A stretch of DNA of 64,000 nucleotides from Spirochaetia bacterium (GTDB lineage: Bacteria; Spirochaetota; Spirochaetia; SZUA-6; Bin103), in contig CBDBDQ010000005.1 in the NCBI GenBank assembly GCA_965203905.1, forward strand, positions 3,296,001 to 3,360,000, given 5' to 3'. The position numbers were made by a program, and so were the translations under genes. Below, in pieces: positions 9,746-19,628 of this stretch. The first letter of the stretch is position 1. Every line of letters begins with the position of its first letter. Under the pieces are notes generated by a model that worked only from the letters and a program-made list of their open reading frames with translations, did not search any database and was not told the DNA's origin.

Positions 9746-10707
9746 CCCCGTTGCTGATCATTGCCGGCCTGTTCGCGCTCGGCGTGCTGTGGTCGTTGGT
9801 ACGCAGCGTGCGCGTGGTGCGTGCGCAGTCGGCACTGGTGGTGGAACGGCTCGGGCGCTACGCCAAGACCCTGGGCGCCGGGTTCCACATCCTGGTGCCG
9901 TTCCTCGACCGGGTGCGCTACCGCCACAGCCTCAAGGAGCAGGCGATGGACGTTCCGTCGCAGCCCTGCATCACCCACGACAACGTCAAGGTGATGGTGG
10001 ACGGGGTGCTCTACTACCGCGTGGTCGATCCCCGCGCCGCCAGCTACGGCATCAAGAACTACCAGTACGCCACCGTGCAGCTCGCCCAGACCACCATGCG
10101 CTCGGTGATCGGGCAGATGGAGCTGGACCGCACCTTCGAGGAGCGCGAGCGGATCAATGCCCAGATCGTCTCCAGCGTGGACCAGGCGTCCGACCCGTGG
10201 GGGGTCAAGGTCACGCGCTACGAGGTGCAGAACATCAACGTTCCCGCCAGCGTGCTGGAGTCGATGGAGTACCAGATCCGGGCGGAACGGGACAAGCGCG
10301 CCGTGGTCGCGCGCAGCGTGGGGGAGATGGAGTCGCGCATCAACCGCTCCATCGGTGAGATGGAAGAGGCGATCAACCGCAGCGAGGGTGAGAAGCAGCG
10401 CCAGATCAACGAGGCCGAGGGGCGCGCCGAGGAGATCGTGGCGCTGGCCCGCGCCACCGCCACGGGACTGGGACAGATGGCCGCCGCCATCGCCGCCGCC
10501 GGCGGCGAGGAGGCGATGCTGCTGCGGATCGCCGAAGCCTACCTGGAGCAGCTGCGCAAGTTGTCGAACAACGCCACCGAGGTGGTGCTGCCGATGGACC
10601 TGACCGACATCAGCGGCGTGGTGGACGCGCTGCGCGGCGCGCTGCAGCCGTCCGCGGGCCGGACCGCCCCGGCGGCCCCGGCTCAGGTGGCGGCGCGCGA
10701 CGGGTAG
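9742..10707 (+). CDS. SPFH/band 7 protein 2 (tandem paralog)
   Basis: Same SPFH motifs ('QPCITHDNV', 'AQTTMRSVIG', 'WGVKVTRYEV'); ATGA overlap. Confidence 0.92.
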   Translation: MTPLLIIAGLFALGVLWSLVRSVRVVRAQSALVVERLGRYAKTLGAGFHILVPFLDRVRYRHSLKEQAMDVPSQPCITHDNVKVMVDGVLYYRVVDPRAASYGIKNYQYATVQLAQTTMRSVIGQMELDRTFEERERINAQIVSSVDQASDPWGVKVTRYEVQNINVPASVLESMEYQIRAERDKRAVVARSVGEMESRINRSIGEMEEAINRSEGEKQRQINEAEGRAEEIVALARATATGLGQMAAAIAAAGGEEAMLLRIAEAYLEQLRKLSNNATEVVLPMDLTDISGVVDALRGALQPSAGRTAPAAPAQVAARDG

Positions 10708-11772
10708 TTGAGGCAGTACGGGGGCGGCTCTCCGCGCAGGTAGGCGGCGATGCTCTCCGCCGCCATGCGGATCCCGGTGCGGGCGCTGCCGCGCGACGCC
10801 CCGGCGATGTGCGGGGTGAGAATGACGTTGGGCAGCTCCAGCAGCGGATGCCCGGCGGGCAGCGGTTCCTCCGGGTACACGTCGAGCGCCGCTCCGGCCA
10901 GGTGGCGTTCGCCCAGGGAGCGCGCCAGGGCGCCGTAGTCCAGCAGCGGGCCGCGGGCGGTCTGGACCAGGTAGCAGCCGGGGCGCATGCGCGCCAGTTC
11001 CGCGGCCCCCACCAGCGGCCGCGGACCGCGGTGGCGGGCGTGCAGGCTCAGCACGTCGGCGCGCGCCAGCAGGTCAGGCAGGTCGCAGCGCTCCGCTCCC
11101 GCGGCGGCAAACGCCGCGGTTTCGAGATAGGGGTCACAGGCCAGCACGCGCGCCCCGAACGCGCTCAGCAGCGGAACCAGCAGGCGGCCGATGTGGCCCA
11201 GGCCGAGCAGGCCGACGGTGAGCGCGGCCAGGTCGTCGCCCACCGCGTCGTAGCGGTACAGGTCGGAACGCCAGCGCCCGCCGCCGGCCAGGTCGCGGTG
11301 GCCGCGCGAGATACCCTTGGTAAGGTCGATGATCAGCGCCACGGTGAACTCCGCCACCGCCCGCGCATTGCGCCCGGGAGCGTTGCACACCAGGATGCCG
11401 CGCGTGGTGGCGACGTCGAGATTGACGTTCACCGAGCCGCCGCGGGCGCATGCCGCCAGCCGCAGCCTCGGCGCCGCCGCCAGCACCCCCGCGCCGAGCG
11501 CCGCCATGTGCACCGCCGCCACTTCCGCCTCGCGCAGCACCCGGATCACGCGTTCGTCGTCGCCGGTGTACTCGCGGATCTCCGCGTCGTGGCGCACCGG
11601 TGTGTCGGGCCACTCGTGCTCGTCGGTCACGAAGCGCAGCTCCGCGCCCGAGCCGTGCGCGGCCCGCTCGATGGCGGCGCGGAGTTGGGCGGTGCGTACG
11701 AAACGGTCGCCGATTACGGCAACGGTCCGGGCAGCCCGTGGCGAAACTCCGGCTGCATTCGAGCGGCGATGC
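10683..11772 (-). CDS. D-isomer-specific 2-hydroxyacid dehydrogenase
   Basis: 'APGRNARAVAE', 'GLGHIG', 'TARG', 'ALDVYPEEP', 'LTPHIAG'; nearest in-frame ATG lies inside the repeat at 11730-11891. Confidence 0.85.
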
Positions 11773-11891
11773 ATCCCGGCTGGCTGCGTTGCTCCTCGCT
11801 CACATATACCGGATGTGCTCGCTCGTCGCGCCTTGCCAGCCGGGCGCCTCGCCGCTCTCGATGCGACGCCGGGTTCCACCACGGGCTGCTA
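11730..11891. mobile_element. Palindromic MITE-like element, long copy (~160 bp)
   Basis: Terminal inverted repeat GCAGCCCGTGG...CCACGGGCTGC with nested internal inverted repeats; shorter copy at 26853-26928. Confidence 0.75.
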
Positions 11892-12278
11892 ATTGCCACC
11901 GGGCTCGGAGGTGCGCGACTCGGCGGACTCTATGACGTCGCGTACCCAGGCCAGCGCAGCCATCGCCGCCGACCAGCCGATCGACGAGATGGCGAGCAAC
12001 GGCACCTGCAGCAGCTCCTCGGCGGGAATCCCCTCGCGCAGTCCGCGCCGCGCGTGGGAGTGCACGGCGCCCTGCGAGCGGGCGCCCACCGCCAGCGCCA
12101 GCTTCACCATGCGTTGCGCCCGCGCATCCAGCGGCCCGGCCGTGGCGGCGGCTTTGCCGAGTTGCTGGTAGGCGCGCCACACTCCGGGGTAGGCGGCGAT
12201 AACGCCGTCCAGAAAACTCGGCAGGCGTTCCGGCCGCCGCCCTCCGGCCGCGGCCGGTTGCGAGCTGTCCTGCTTCAC
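11889..12278 (-). CDS. Carboxymuconolactone decarboxylase (CMD/AhpD-like) family protein
   Basis: 'GPLDARAQRMVKLALAVG...GAVHSHARRGLREG...EEL'; GGAGG RBS before GTG. Confidence 0.85.
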   Translation of the reverse strand: MKQDSSQPAAAGGRRPERLPSFLDGVIAAYPGVWRAYQQLGKAAATAGPLDARAQRMVKLALAVGARSQGAVHSHARRGLREGIPAEELLQVPLLAISSIGWSAAMAALAWVRDVIESAESRTSEPGGN

Positions 12279-12490
12279 CGACGTACCTCCCTGGTGTGCG
12301 CCCTCGGGCGACGGGCCGATCCACGGCTGCCGCGAGTCGACGATTCGCTGTGCCGCCGCGTGCGCGGTGGTCCGCACCGCCGCGGCTGTGCCGGCGAATA
12401 TGCGGGCGTGCCACCTCCCGGTCAAGCACCGACGGAGAAACGCACACACCGATGGCCGATGGCCTGACGACCGGTGCCGGGTAGCCGGGT

Positions 12491-14197
12491 TCAGCGGCGG
12501 CGCGGGGGGTACTCGCCCATGGGGTGCAGGGCGTTCAGGTCGATGTCCAGCAGCACCGGGCCGGTGCTGGCCTGCGCCGCGGTGAAGGCCGCCGCGAACT
12601 GCTCGACGCTGGCGACCGCGTGCGCGGTGGCGCCCATGCTGCGGGCGAGGGCGGGGAAGTCCGGGGTCTCCAGGTCCACGGCGAAGGTGCGGCCCGCGAA
12701 GCGCGCCGCCTGGACCCGCCGCAGGATGCCGTAGCCGCGGTCGTTGAACAGGCAGATGGTGAGCGGCAGCCGATACTGCACCGCGGTGGAGAGTTCGCCA
12801 GCGTGCAGCATGAAGCCGCCGTCGCCCGCGATCAGCACGCTGCGGCGGCCACTGCCGAGGGCGGCCCCGATGGCCAGCGGCAGGCCGGGGCCGATGGCGG
12901 CGCTGGTGGGGTGCATGGAGGTGCGCGGGGCGAGGATCGGCAGCATCTGGTTGGCCCACAGGTAGGCCGGAACGGTGCTGTCGCGCACCATGACGGCGTC
13001 GCGCGGCGCGCCGTCGCGGATCAGGTCCATGATCGCCGCATGGTCGGGCCCGATCAGGGCGCGCAGCCGCTGGTGCACCGTGTGCCGCGCCGCGGCCGCC
13101 CTGGCCCGCCACTCGGCCCGTGCCGCGGCGGGGTCGGCTTCCGCGTCCGAGTCGGCCTCATGTCCCGTTACGTCCTCCAGCGCGGCGTTCACCGCCTCCA
13201 GGCCGGCCGCAGCGTCGGCGACCAGCGCCAGGGCCGGACGGTGGACGCGGCCGATCACCCCGGCGTCCGCGTCGAGGTGGACCAGCTTGCCGCGCAACGG
13301 GACGTAGTTGCGCCCCTCCGGTCCCACCTGGAAGCGGGTGCCCACCGCCAGCACCACGTCCGCCTCCTCCTGCAGGGCCTGGATCTCCGGGTGATACGGC
13401 AGCGCGCCGACACTCAGCGGGTGGTCCTCCGGCAGCGCGCCGCGGCCGTTGGGACTCGACAGCACGGGTGCCTGCAGCCGTTCGGCCAGCGCACGCAGCT
13501 CCGGGGCGGCGCCGCCGGTGCGGGTCGCGCCGCCGCTGCGCAGCACCCCACCGCCGGCGATGATCAGCGGCCGCTCGGCGCGCGCCAGCATCCGTGCCGC
13601 CCGCTGTGCCGCCGCCGGTTCCGGCGCCAAGGGCGCAGGCAGCGACCCGCCGGCTCCGGCGTTCCCGACCGCGTCCGCCGCTCCTGCCACCGCGGCGTAC
13701 TGCAGGTCGATGGGAATTTCGACGCAGCCGGGCTGCGGGCGCCCGGTGAGGATGTCCTCGATCACGGCGCCCAGTGCAGGCGCGATCTGGCGTCCGAGGC
13801 GCACGCTCTCGACCCGCCGCGACACCGCGCTCAGCATCGGTGTCTGCTGCTCGGCCTCGTGCAGGAAGCCGAGTCCCTTGCCCAGGTACGGGGTGTCGAC
13901 CTGGGCGGTGAGCATCAGCACCGGCGAGGAGGCGAATCCCGCCTCGTAGAGGCCGGGAACGGCGTTGGCGGCGCCCGGACCGGTGCTGGTAATGACCACG
14001 CCCAGCCTGCCCGTGGCGCGCGCATAGCCGTCGGCCGCGTGCGCCGCCGCCTGCTCGTGGCGCATCGCCACCGGCGTGATCCGGCCGCCACGGTCGATGG
14101 CGTCGTAGAGCGGCAGGTTGTGCACGCTGACCACGCCGAATACGTGCTCCACGCCCGCCTCCACCAGGACCCGGTGGACCATTTCGCCGCCGGTCAC
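12491..14197 (-). CDS. Thiamine pyrophosphate-binding enzyme (acetolactate synthase-like superfamily)
   Basis: 'RHEQAAAHAADGYARATG', 'TGPGAAN', TPP motif 'GDGGF...FND'. Confidence 0.92.
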   Translation of the reverse strand: MTGGEMVHRVLVEAGVEHVFGVVSVHNLPLYDAIDRGGRITPVAMRHEQAAAHAADGYARATGRLGVVITSTGPGAANAVPGLYEAGFASSPVLMLTAQVDTPYLGKGLGFLHEAEQQTPMLSAVSRRVESVRLGRQIAPALGAVIEDILTGRPQPGCVEIPIDLQYAAVAGAADAVGNAGAGGSLPAPLAPEPAAAQRAARMLARAERPLIIAGGGVLRSGGATRTGGAAPELRALAERLQAPVLSSPNGRGALPEDHPLSVGALPYHPEIQALQEEADVVLAVGTRFQVGPEGRNYVPLRGKLVHLDADAGVIGRVHRPALALVADAAAGLEAVNAALEDVTGHEADSDAEADPAAARAEWRARAAAARHTVHQRLRALIGPDHAAIMDLIRDGAPRDAVMVRDSTVPAYLWANQMLPILAPRTSMHPTSAAIGPGLPLAIGAALGSGRRSVLIAGDGGFMLHAGELSTAVQYRLPLTICLFNDRGYGILRRVQAARFAGRTFAVDLETPDFPALARSMGATAHAVASVEQFAAAFTAAQASTGPVLLDIDLNALHPMGEYPPRRR

Positions 14198-14461
14198 GGC
14201 CGCACCTCCGGCGTCCCGGCTCCCGCTGCCGGCGAACCCGGCGAACCCGGCGGGCGCGCATGGGCGGTGGGGACGTGGAACGAGCTGGCGTACTCGCGGA
14301 TGTCTGGCATGAGGTGCGCATCGTACCTTATCGGCGGCCGGCCGATAATCAGAGGGCCGGTCGGTCCGGTCGGTCGCGCGCACCGTGCGTCGGCCGGTCT
14401 TGACAGCCCAATGCCGGCGCCCTAGCGTTGTCTTGAAGCGCCGGCGGGCGCAAGGGAGAAA

Positions 14462-15346
14462 ATGATGGCGCCACCACGTACAAGCTGGAAGGGATTCATC
14501 AAGCTGAGCCTGGTCTCGGTGCCGGTGAAGGCGTTCACGGCCAATGATCCGGGTGCCCAGATCCGTCTCAATCAACTGCACTGCGACTGCAATACCCGCA
14601 TCGCCTACAAGAAGGTGTGTCCGGTGCACGGCGAGGTGGGCAACGACCAGATCGTGCGCGGCTACGAGCACGCCAAGGGCCAGTACGTGGTGATCGAGGA
14701 CGAGGAGCTGGAGAAGCTGCGCACCAAGAGCGACCACTCCGTCAACATCGAGGGGTTCGTGGCGCCGGACGCGCTGGACCCGGTGTACCACGCCGGCCGC
14801 ACCTACTACCTGCTGCCCGACGGCGCGGTGGGCCAGAAGCCCTATCGGCTGCTGGTGCGCGGCATGCAGGAGAACGGCGTGCACGCCCTGGCGCAGGTGG
14901 TGATCTCCCAGCGCGAGCAGCTCGTGCTGCTGCGCCCGATGGAGGACATGCTGGCGATGACCATCCTCAGTCACCAGGCCAAGGTGAAGCCGGCCGACCG
15001 GTTCCGCGACGAGATCGAGGACTCCGAGTGCACCCCCGAGGAGCTGCAGCTCGCCACCATGCTGATCGACGCTTCGCGGCTGAACGACTTCGACTACGGC
15101 AGCTACACCGACCGCTACGTAGATAAGCTCACCGAGCTGATCCAGCTCAAGGTGCAGGGGCAGGACGTGGTGCAGGCGGAGGACGTCGAGGAGCCCAAGA
15201 TCATCAACCTCATGGAGGCGCTGAAGCAGAGCGTGGCCGAGGCGCAGGGCGCGGCGGAGGCCGGCAAGAAGCAGGCGCCGAGCGCCAAGACCAAGCGCAG
15301 CACGCCGGCGAGCGGCAGTCGCGCCCGCAAGCAGAAGGTTGGCTGA
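14462..15346 (+). CDS. ku: NHEJ DNA end-binding protein Ku
   Basis: 'WKGFIKLSLVSVPVK', 'LNQLH', 'RGYE...YV', 'YYLLP', 'IINLMEALKQS' and a basic C-terminal tail. Confidence 0.95.
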   Translation: MMAPPRTSWKGFIKLSLVSVPVKAFTANDPGAQIRLNQLHCDCNTRIAYKKVCPVHGEVGNDQIVRGYEHAKGQYVVIEDEELEKLRTKSDHSVNIEGFVAPDALDPVYHAGRTYYLLPDGAVGQKPYRLLVRGMQENGVHALAQVVISQREQLVLLRPMEDMLAMTILSHQAKVKPADRFRDEIEDSECTPEELQLATMLIDASRLNDFDYGSYTDRYVDKLTELIQLKVQGQDVVQAEDVEEPKIINLMEALKQSVAEAQGAAEAGKKQAPSAKTKRSTPASGSRARKQKVG

Positions 15347-15421
15347 CCCAGCGCCGAACAGCATGCGGCCTCGTCCCCTCCCCCGCACCGGGATGCTCCG
15401 GTAATCGAGCCGGCGCGAATC

Positions 15422-16375
15422 ATGGCCGTCGCCGCCACCCGCCTGCCGCGCAGTTTCGCACCCATGCTCGCCAAGCCGGGTGCGCCGTTCGATTCCGACC
15501 GCCACCTGTACGAGGTGAAGTGGGACGGCATCCGCGCCGTGGCGCTGGTGGAAGACGGCCGTTACCGGCTGTTGAGCCGGGCCGGCAATGACCTCACCCG
15601 CAACTACCCCGAGCTGGCGCCGCTGGCGCGCCTGCCCGCGGGCACCATCGTCGACGGCGAGATCGTGGTGCTTCACGAGGGGCGCCCCGACTTCGAGCAC
15701 GTGCTGCGGCGCGACCGCGGCAGCGCCGGATCCCCCGAGTCCGAGCCGAGCCCGGCGTGCTACCTGGTGTTCGACCTGATGTACCGCGAGTTCGAGCCGC
15801 TGACCGAGCTGCCGCTGCTGGAGCGCCGCCAGCCGCTGGCCGACCTGGTGAACGGCTGCGACTCGGGCCACGTCGTCGTCTCCGACGGGTTCGTCGGCGC
15901 CGGTGTGGCGTTCTACCGCGAGGTGTGCGAGCGCAACCTGGAGGGGGTGGTCGCCAAGCGCGTGGACAGCCGCTACCTGCCGGGCCGCCGCTCCGACGCC
16001 TGGATCAAGATCAAGCGCCGGGTCCGCTACCACTGCGTGGTGCTGGGCTTCCTGGACAAGGATGAGGGCGCCGACTTCCAGAGCCTGCTGATCGCCACCG
16101 AGCGCGAGGCGGGATCGGGCCTGCGCTACGCCGGGCGCGTCGGCACCGGCTTCGACGAGGAGCAGCGGCGGGAGATCAACGCGCTGCTGCGGCGCCATCG
16201 CAGCGCGGCACCGCTGCTGCCGCCGCCGGCCGACCTGTCGCCGCGCCACCAGTGGGACCAGGTGTGCTGGGTGGAGCCGGTCCTGTTCTGCGTCGTCTCC
16301 TGCGTGGAGCTGACCAGCGCCGGGGTGATGCGCGCGCCGGTGTTCGAGGGCCTGATCCGGGAGAGCGCCGCATGA
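15422..16375 (+). CDS. Stand-alone ATP-dependent DNA ligase (LigD ligase-domain/LigC-like)
   Basis: Intact motif I 'EVKWDG', 'DGEIV', 'FDLMY', 'EGVVAK', motif V 'WIKIK', OB domain 'GRVGTGF' and 'MRAPVF'. Confidence 0.92.
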   Translation: MAVAATRLPRSFAPMLAKPGAPFDSDRHLYEVKWDGIRAVALVEDGRYRLLSRAGNDLTRNYPELAPLARLPAGTIVDGEIVVLHEGRPDFEHVLRRDRGSAGSPESEPSPACYLVFDLMYREFEPLTELPLLERRQPLADLVNGCDSGHVVVSDGFVGAGVAFYREVCERNLEGVVAKRVDSRYLPGRRSDAWIKIKRRVRYHCVVLGFLDKDEGADFQSLLIATEREAGSGLRYAGRVGTGFDEEQRREINALLRRHRSAAPLLPPPADLSPRHQWDQVCWVEPVLFCVVSCVELTSAGVMRAPVFEGLIRESAA

Positions 16376-17805
16376 CGGGCGTCGACGCCGGCGCCGGCAG
16401 CGGCGGCGGACGGCTGCGCGATCGGGAGGTGGCGTTCGCCGGCCGGTTGGCGTCGATGACCCGGCAGGAGGCGGGAGCGCGGGTAGCCGCCGCCGGCGGC
16501 CGGGTGGTGCGCCAGCCGGGGGTCAACACCGCCTACCTCGTGGTGGGGCACGGCGGCTGGCCGCTGCGCGCGGACGGACGGCCCAGCCCCAACATGACCC
16601 GGGCGCGGCGTCTCAAGCAGCAGCGCGCACCGCTGAGCATCGTCTCCGAGACCGCGTTCCTGCAGCTTCTCGGTCTCACCGACAAGGTGGAAGATCTGCA
16701 GCGCCTGTTCACCACGGCCCAGCTCAGCCGCATCCTGGAGGTGCCGGCGCCGGAGATCCGCTCCTGGATGCGGCGCAAGCTGATCCGCCCGGTGAAGGTG
16801 GCGCGGCGCCTGGCCTGGTTCGACTTTCGCGAGGTGGCGCTGGCGCGCACGCTGCACGCCCTGACCAGCGCCGGGATCAGCGCCGCACGCATCGGCCGCA
16901 GCATCCGCGAGCTGGCGCAGTGGCTGCCGGACGCCCAGGGCGCCCACGCCGAGGCGATGCTGACGCAACTGGAAACCTCCGCGCACAGCCCGATCCTGAG
17001 CGTGCGGTTGCGGGATGGCCGGCTGGCCGACCCCGCGGGGCAGTTGCTGCTCGACTTCCACCGCGAGACGGCGGGCGCGGCATCGGGGGCAGGCGCGATC
17101 CGGTCGTTCCGGGCGCCGCCTGCGGAGACCGAGTGGCCGGCCGCGGCACGCGCGTGGCCCGGCCCGGCCGCGGCACAAGAGCCGGAGTCGGAGCTGGTGC
17201 GGGACCTGGCCGCGGTGCTGGGCATGGCTGCCGACGGCACGCCCGCACCGGAGGATCCGCCGGCGGGCGGCGCGGCGGCGGAAGCGGAGGCGGGCCGGGT
17301 GCTCGATTTCAGCGTGGCTGCCGAAGCCTGGGCCGGCGCCGTTCCCGACGAACTGTTCCGGCAGGGGGTGCGCGCGGAGGATGCCGGCCAGTGGCAGCTC
17401 GCCCGCCACCTCTACGAGCGCGCCCTCGCGGCCGGCGAGCCCGATCCCGAGACCTGCTTCAACCTGGGCAACGTGCTGTACGAGCTGGACCGGAAGCGCG
17501 CCGCCGCACGCCGCTACCTGCAGGCGGTGGCGCTCGACGCCGAGTACGTGGAATCGCTCAACAACCTGGGCAACGCCCTCGCCGAGAGCGGCTGGCTGAA
17601 CGAGGCCGTCCGCGCCTACCGGCGTGCGCTGCAACTGGAGCCGGCTTACGCCGACGCCCACAGCAACCTGGCCGAGACCCTGGTGTACCTCGGCCGCTAC
17701 CCGGAGGCGCGGCTCCACTGGACCGCCTACCTCGCCGTCGACCCCCACAGTTCCTGGGCCAACGCCATCCGCGAGTTGCTGCGCCACCTCCCCGCCCGCA
17801 ACTGA
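16372..17805 (+). CDS. BRCT + MerR-like HTH + TPR-repeat protein
   Basis: BRCT 'FAGRLASMTRQEA...GGRV...TAYLVVG'; HTH 'TTAQLSRILEVPAPEIRSWMRRKLIRP...FDFREV'; TPRs 'FNLGNVLY', 'NNLGNAL', 'DAHSNLA'; ATGA overlap with the ligase. Confidence 0.85.
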   Translation: MTGVDAGAGSGGGRLRDREVAFAGRLASMTRQEAGARVAAAGGRVVRQPGVNTAYLVVGHGGWPLRADGRPSPNMTRARRLKQQRAPLSIVSETAFLQLLGLTDKVEDLQRLFTTAQLSRILEVPAPEIRSWMRRKLIRPVKVARRLAWFDFREVALARTLHALTSAGISAARIGRSIRELAQWLPDAQGAHAEAMLTQLETSAHSPILSVRLRDGRLADPAGQLLLDFHRETAGAASGAGAIRSFRAPPAETEWPAAARAWPGPAAAQEPESELVRDLAAVLGMAADGTPAPEDPPAGGAAAEAEAGRVLDFSVAAEAWAGAVPDELFRQGVRAEDAGQWQLARHLYERALAAGEPDPETCFNLGNVLYELDRKRAAARRYLQAVALDAEYVESLNNLGNALAESGWLNEAVRAYRRALQLEPAYADAHSNLAETLVYLGRYPEARLHWTAYLAVDPHSSWANAIRELLRHLPARN

Positions 17806-17821
17806 AGCAGCGGGGGCGGGT

Positions 17822-18598
17822 TCACACCCGCATGCGCAGCATCGGGCGGGTGAACGAGACCGGGAGCGACTCGCCGGTGCGGCGCGACTTGGTGCCGGGA
17901 GTCATGAAGTGGATGGCGAAGGCGCGCCGTTGGCGGGCGGTGTTGTTGGGGGCGGTGTAGTGGAAGGTCTGGCAGTGGTGCAGCATGGCGCCGCCGGCGG
18001 GTAGCTCGATCGCCACCGCCCGTGAGCTGTCCACACGCTCGGCGTTGTCCAGCAGCGCGCTGGTGGAGGTAGATTTCTCATGTTCCAGCGCCTGCAGGTG
18101 GGAGCCGGGAATCACCTGCATCGCGCCGTTGTCGACGCTCACTTCGTCCAGCGTCAGCCAGCAGCTCACCAGGGTGGCCGGCACGCACTGCCAGTAGGCG
18201 TTGTCCTGGTGCCAGAACACCGGTCCGCCGTGGTGCGCGGGCTTGTACAGCGCCTGGTCGTGGAACAGCTGGATGTTGGGGCCGATCAGGTCCTCCACGC
18301 AGTCCAGGATCGGCTCGTGGTAGAGCAGCCGGCGATAGTGCAGGTTGCGCTCGCACATCTGCATGATCTGCAGCATCTGCTCCTCCGCCTCGTTCTTGGC
18401 CGCCACGTCGTCGGTGTCGTCGATGGCGAGATTGCGAAACGAGCTGGCGCCGGAGCGGGCGAGCTCGAACTCGCGGTCGTACTCGCGGCGCAGCAGCTCG
18501 ACGGTGGCGTCATCCAGCAGCCGGCCCAGCTTGAGGTAGCCCTGGGTCTGATAATCGTTCACCTGCCCGGCGGTGAGTCTTCGATAGCCGTTGTCCAT
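17822..18598 (-). CDS. Phytanoyl-CoA dioxygenase (PhyH) family Fe(II)/2OG oxygenase
   Basis: 'WHQDNAYW', 'NGAMQVIPGSH', distal His 'HHCQTFH', 'RRAFAIHF'. Confidence 0.9.
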   Translation of the reverse strand: MDNGYRRLTAGQVNDYQTQGYLKLGRLLDDATVELLRREYDREFELARSGASSFRNLAIDDTDDVAAKNEAEEQMLQIMQMCERNLHYRRLLYHEPILDCVEDLIGPNIQLFHDQALYKPAHHGGPVFWHQDNAYWQCVPATLVSCWLTLDEVSVDNGAMQVIPGSHLQALEHEKSTSTSALLDNAERVDSSRAVAIELPAGGAMLHHCQTFHYTAPNNTARQRRAFAIHFMTPGTKSRRTGESLPVSFTRPMLRMRV

Positions 18599-18635
18599 CC
18601 TGTGCCTCGGGGAGGACCCTATCCGAGTTGGCGCG

Positions 18636-19604
18636 CTAGAACCACAGCGCCTTGTCAACCAGGTTGCGCAGCGGGCGGCCGGCGACGAAGCGCTGCAGGT
18701 TGTCGCACACGATGGCGTAGCGGCGCTCGTCCAGGTGCGCGCCCGAGGCCGCCGCGACGTGCGGGGTGATGATGGTGTTGGGGGCGTCCCAGAGCGGGTG
18801 ATCGGGTGGCAGGGGCTCCAACTCGAACACGTCGAGGCCGGCGCCGCCGATGCGGCCCGCGCGCAACGCGGCGTCGAGGTCGTCCAGGCGCGTGGTCATG
18901 CCGCGCCCGACGTTGATGAAGATCGCGCTGTCCTTCATCAGGCGGAACTTCGCGGCGTCGAACAGGCCCTCGGTGCGGGGCGTGTGGGGGATGGTGAGAA
19001 TGACGAAGTCGCCGCCGCCCAGCACCGCGTCGAGGCGCTCGGGCGGGTGTAGCTCGTCGACCCACCGCGGTGCCTCGGTGCGGCGCGCGTCCACGGCCAC
19101 GATGCGCATCCCCAGCTCCTTGCACAGGCGCGCGGTCTCGGTGCCGACCCCGCCCAGGCCGACGATCACGGCGCAGGTATCCGGCAGAAAGATCTCCCCG
19201 CCGTCGGCTCCGCCCAGCGGTTCCCAGAGGTGCCGGCGCTGCAGGTCGCGGTAGCGGTGGAGCTGCTTCGCGAAGGCCAGCAACAGCGCCAGGATGTGGT
19301 GGCTCAGGTGGTCGTTGTAGATCTCGCGGAAGTTGGTGACCAGCGCCGGGTGGGCGATCAGCTCCGGGAAGTAGAAGCCGGCCGGCGGGGCCGCGGCGGG
19401 CGCCTGCAGCCAGCGCAGCTTGCCGGCGGCGGCGACCAGCTCGGGAGTCATGGTGCCGAAGGCGGCGTCGGCGTCGGCCAGCTCGCGCAACGCATCTGCA
19501 TCGGTTTCCGGAGCCACCACGGCGACCTCCGGTACCGCGACTCGCAGGCGCGGCAACCACTCCGGGACCGGTTCCGACTGGGGCGGCAGGAAGACGAATT
19601 TCAC
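18636..19604 (-). CDS. D-2-hydroxyacid dehydrogenase
   Basis: 'GLGGVG', 'INVGRG', 'GLDVFELEPLP', 'ITPHVA'. Confidence 0.9.
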   Translation of the reverse strand: MKFVFLPPQSEPVPEWLPRLRVAVPEVAVVAPETDADALRELADADAAFGTMTPELVAAAGKLRWLQAPAAAPPAGFYFPELIAHPALVTNFREIYNDHLSHHILALLLAFAKQLHRYRDLQRRHLWEPLGGADGGEIFLPDTCAVIVGLGGVGTETARLCKELGMRIVAVDARRTEAPRWVDELHPPERLDAVLGGGDFVILTIPHTPRTEGLFDAAKFRLMKDSAIFINVGRGMTTRLDDLDAALRAGRIGGAGLDVFELEPLPPDHPLWDAPNTIITPHVAAASGAHLDERRYAIVCDNLQRFVAGRPLRNLVDKALWF

Positions 19605-19628
19605 GGCTACACTCCTTCGGCCGCGTCC

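Noticed and set aside
8280-10707. NfeD plus two tandem SPFH genes as a novel system
   Set aside because: NfeD-stomatin operons, including duplicated SPFH genes, are a well-known arrangement.
12491-16249. 1252-aa minus-strand ORF
   Set aside because: Only the last ~569 codons (TPP enzyme) are a real gene; the rest is the antisense shadow of ku and the ligase in high-GC DNA.
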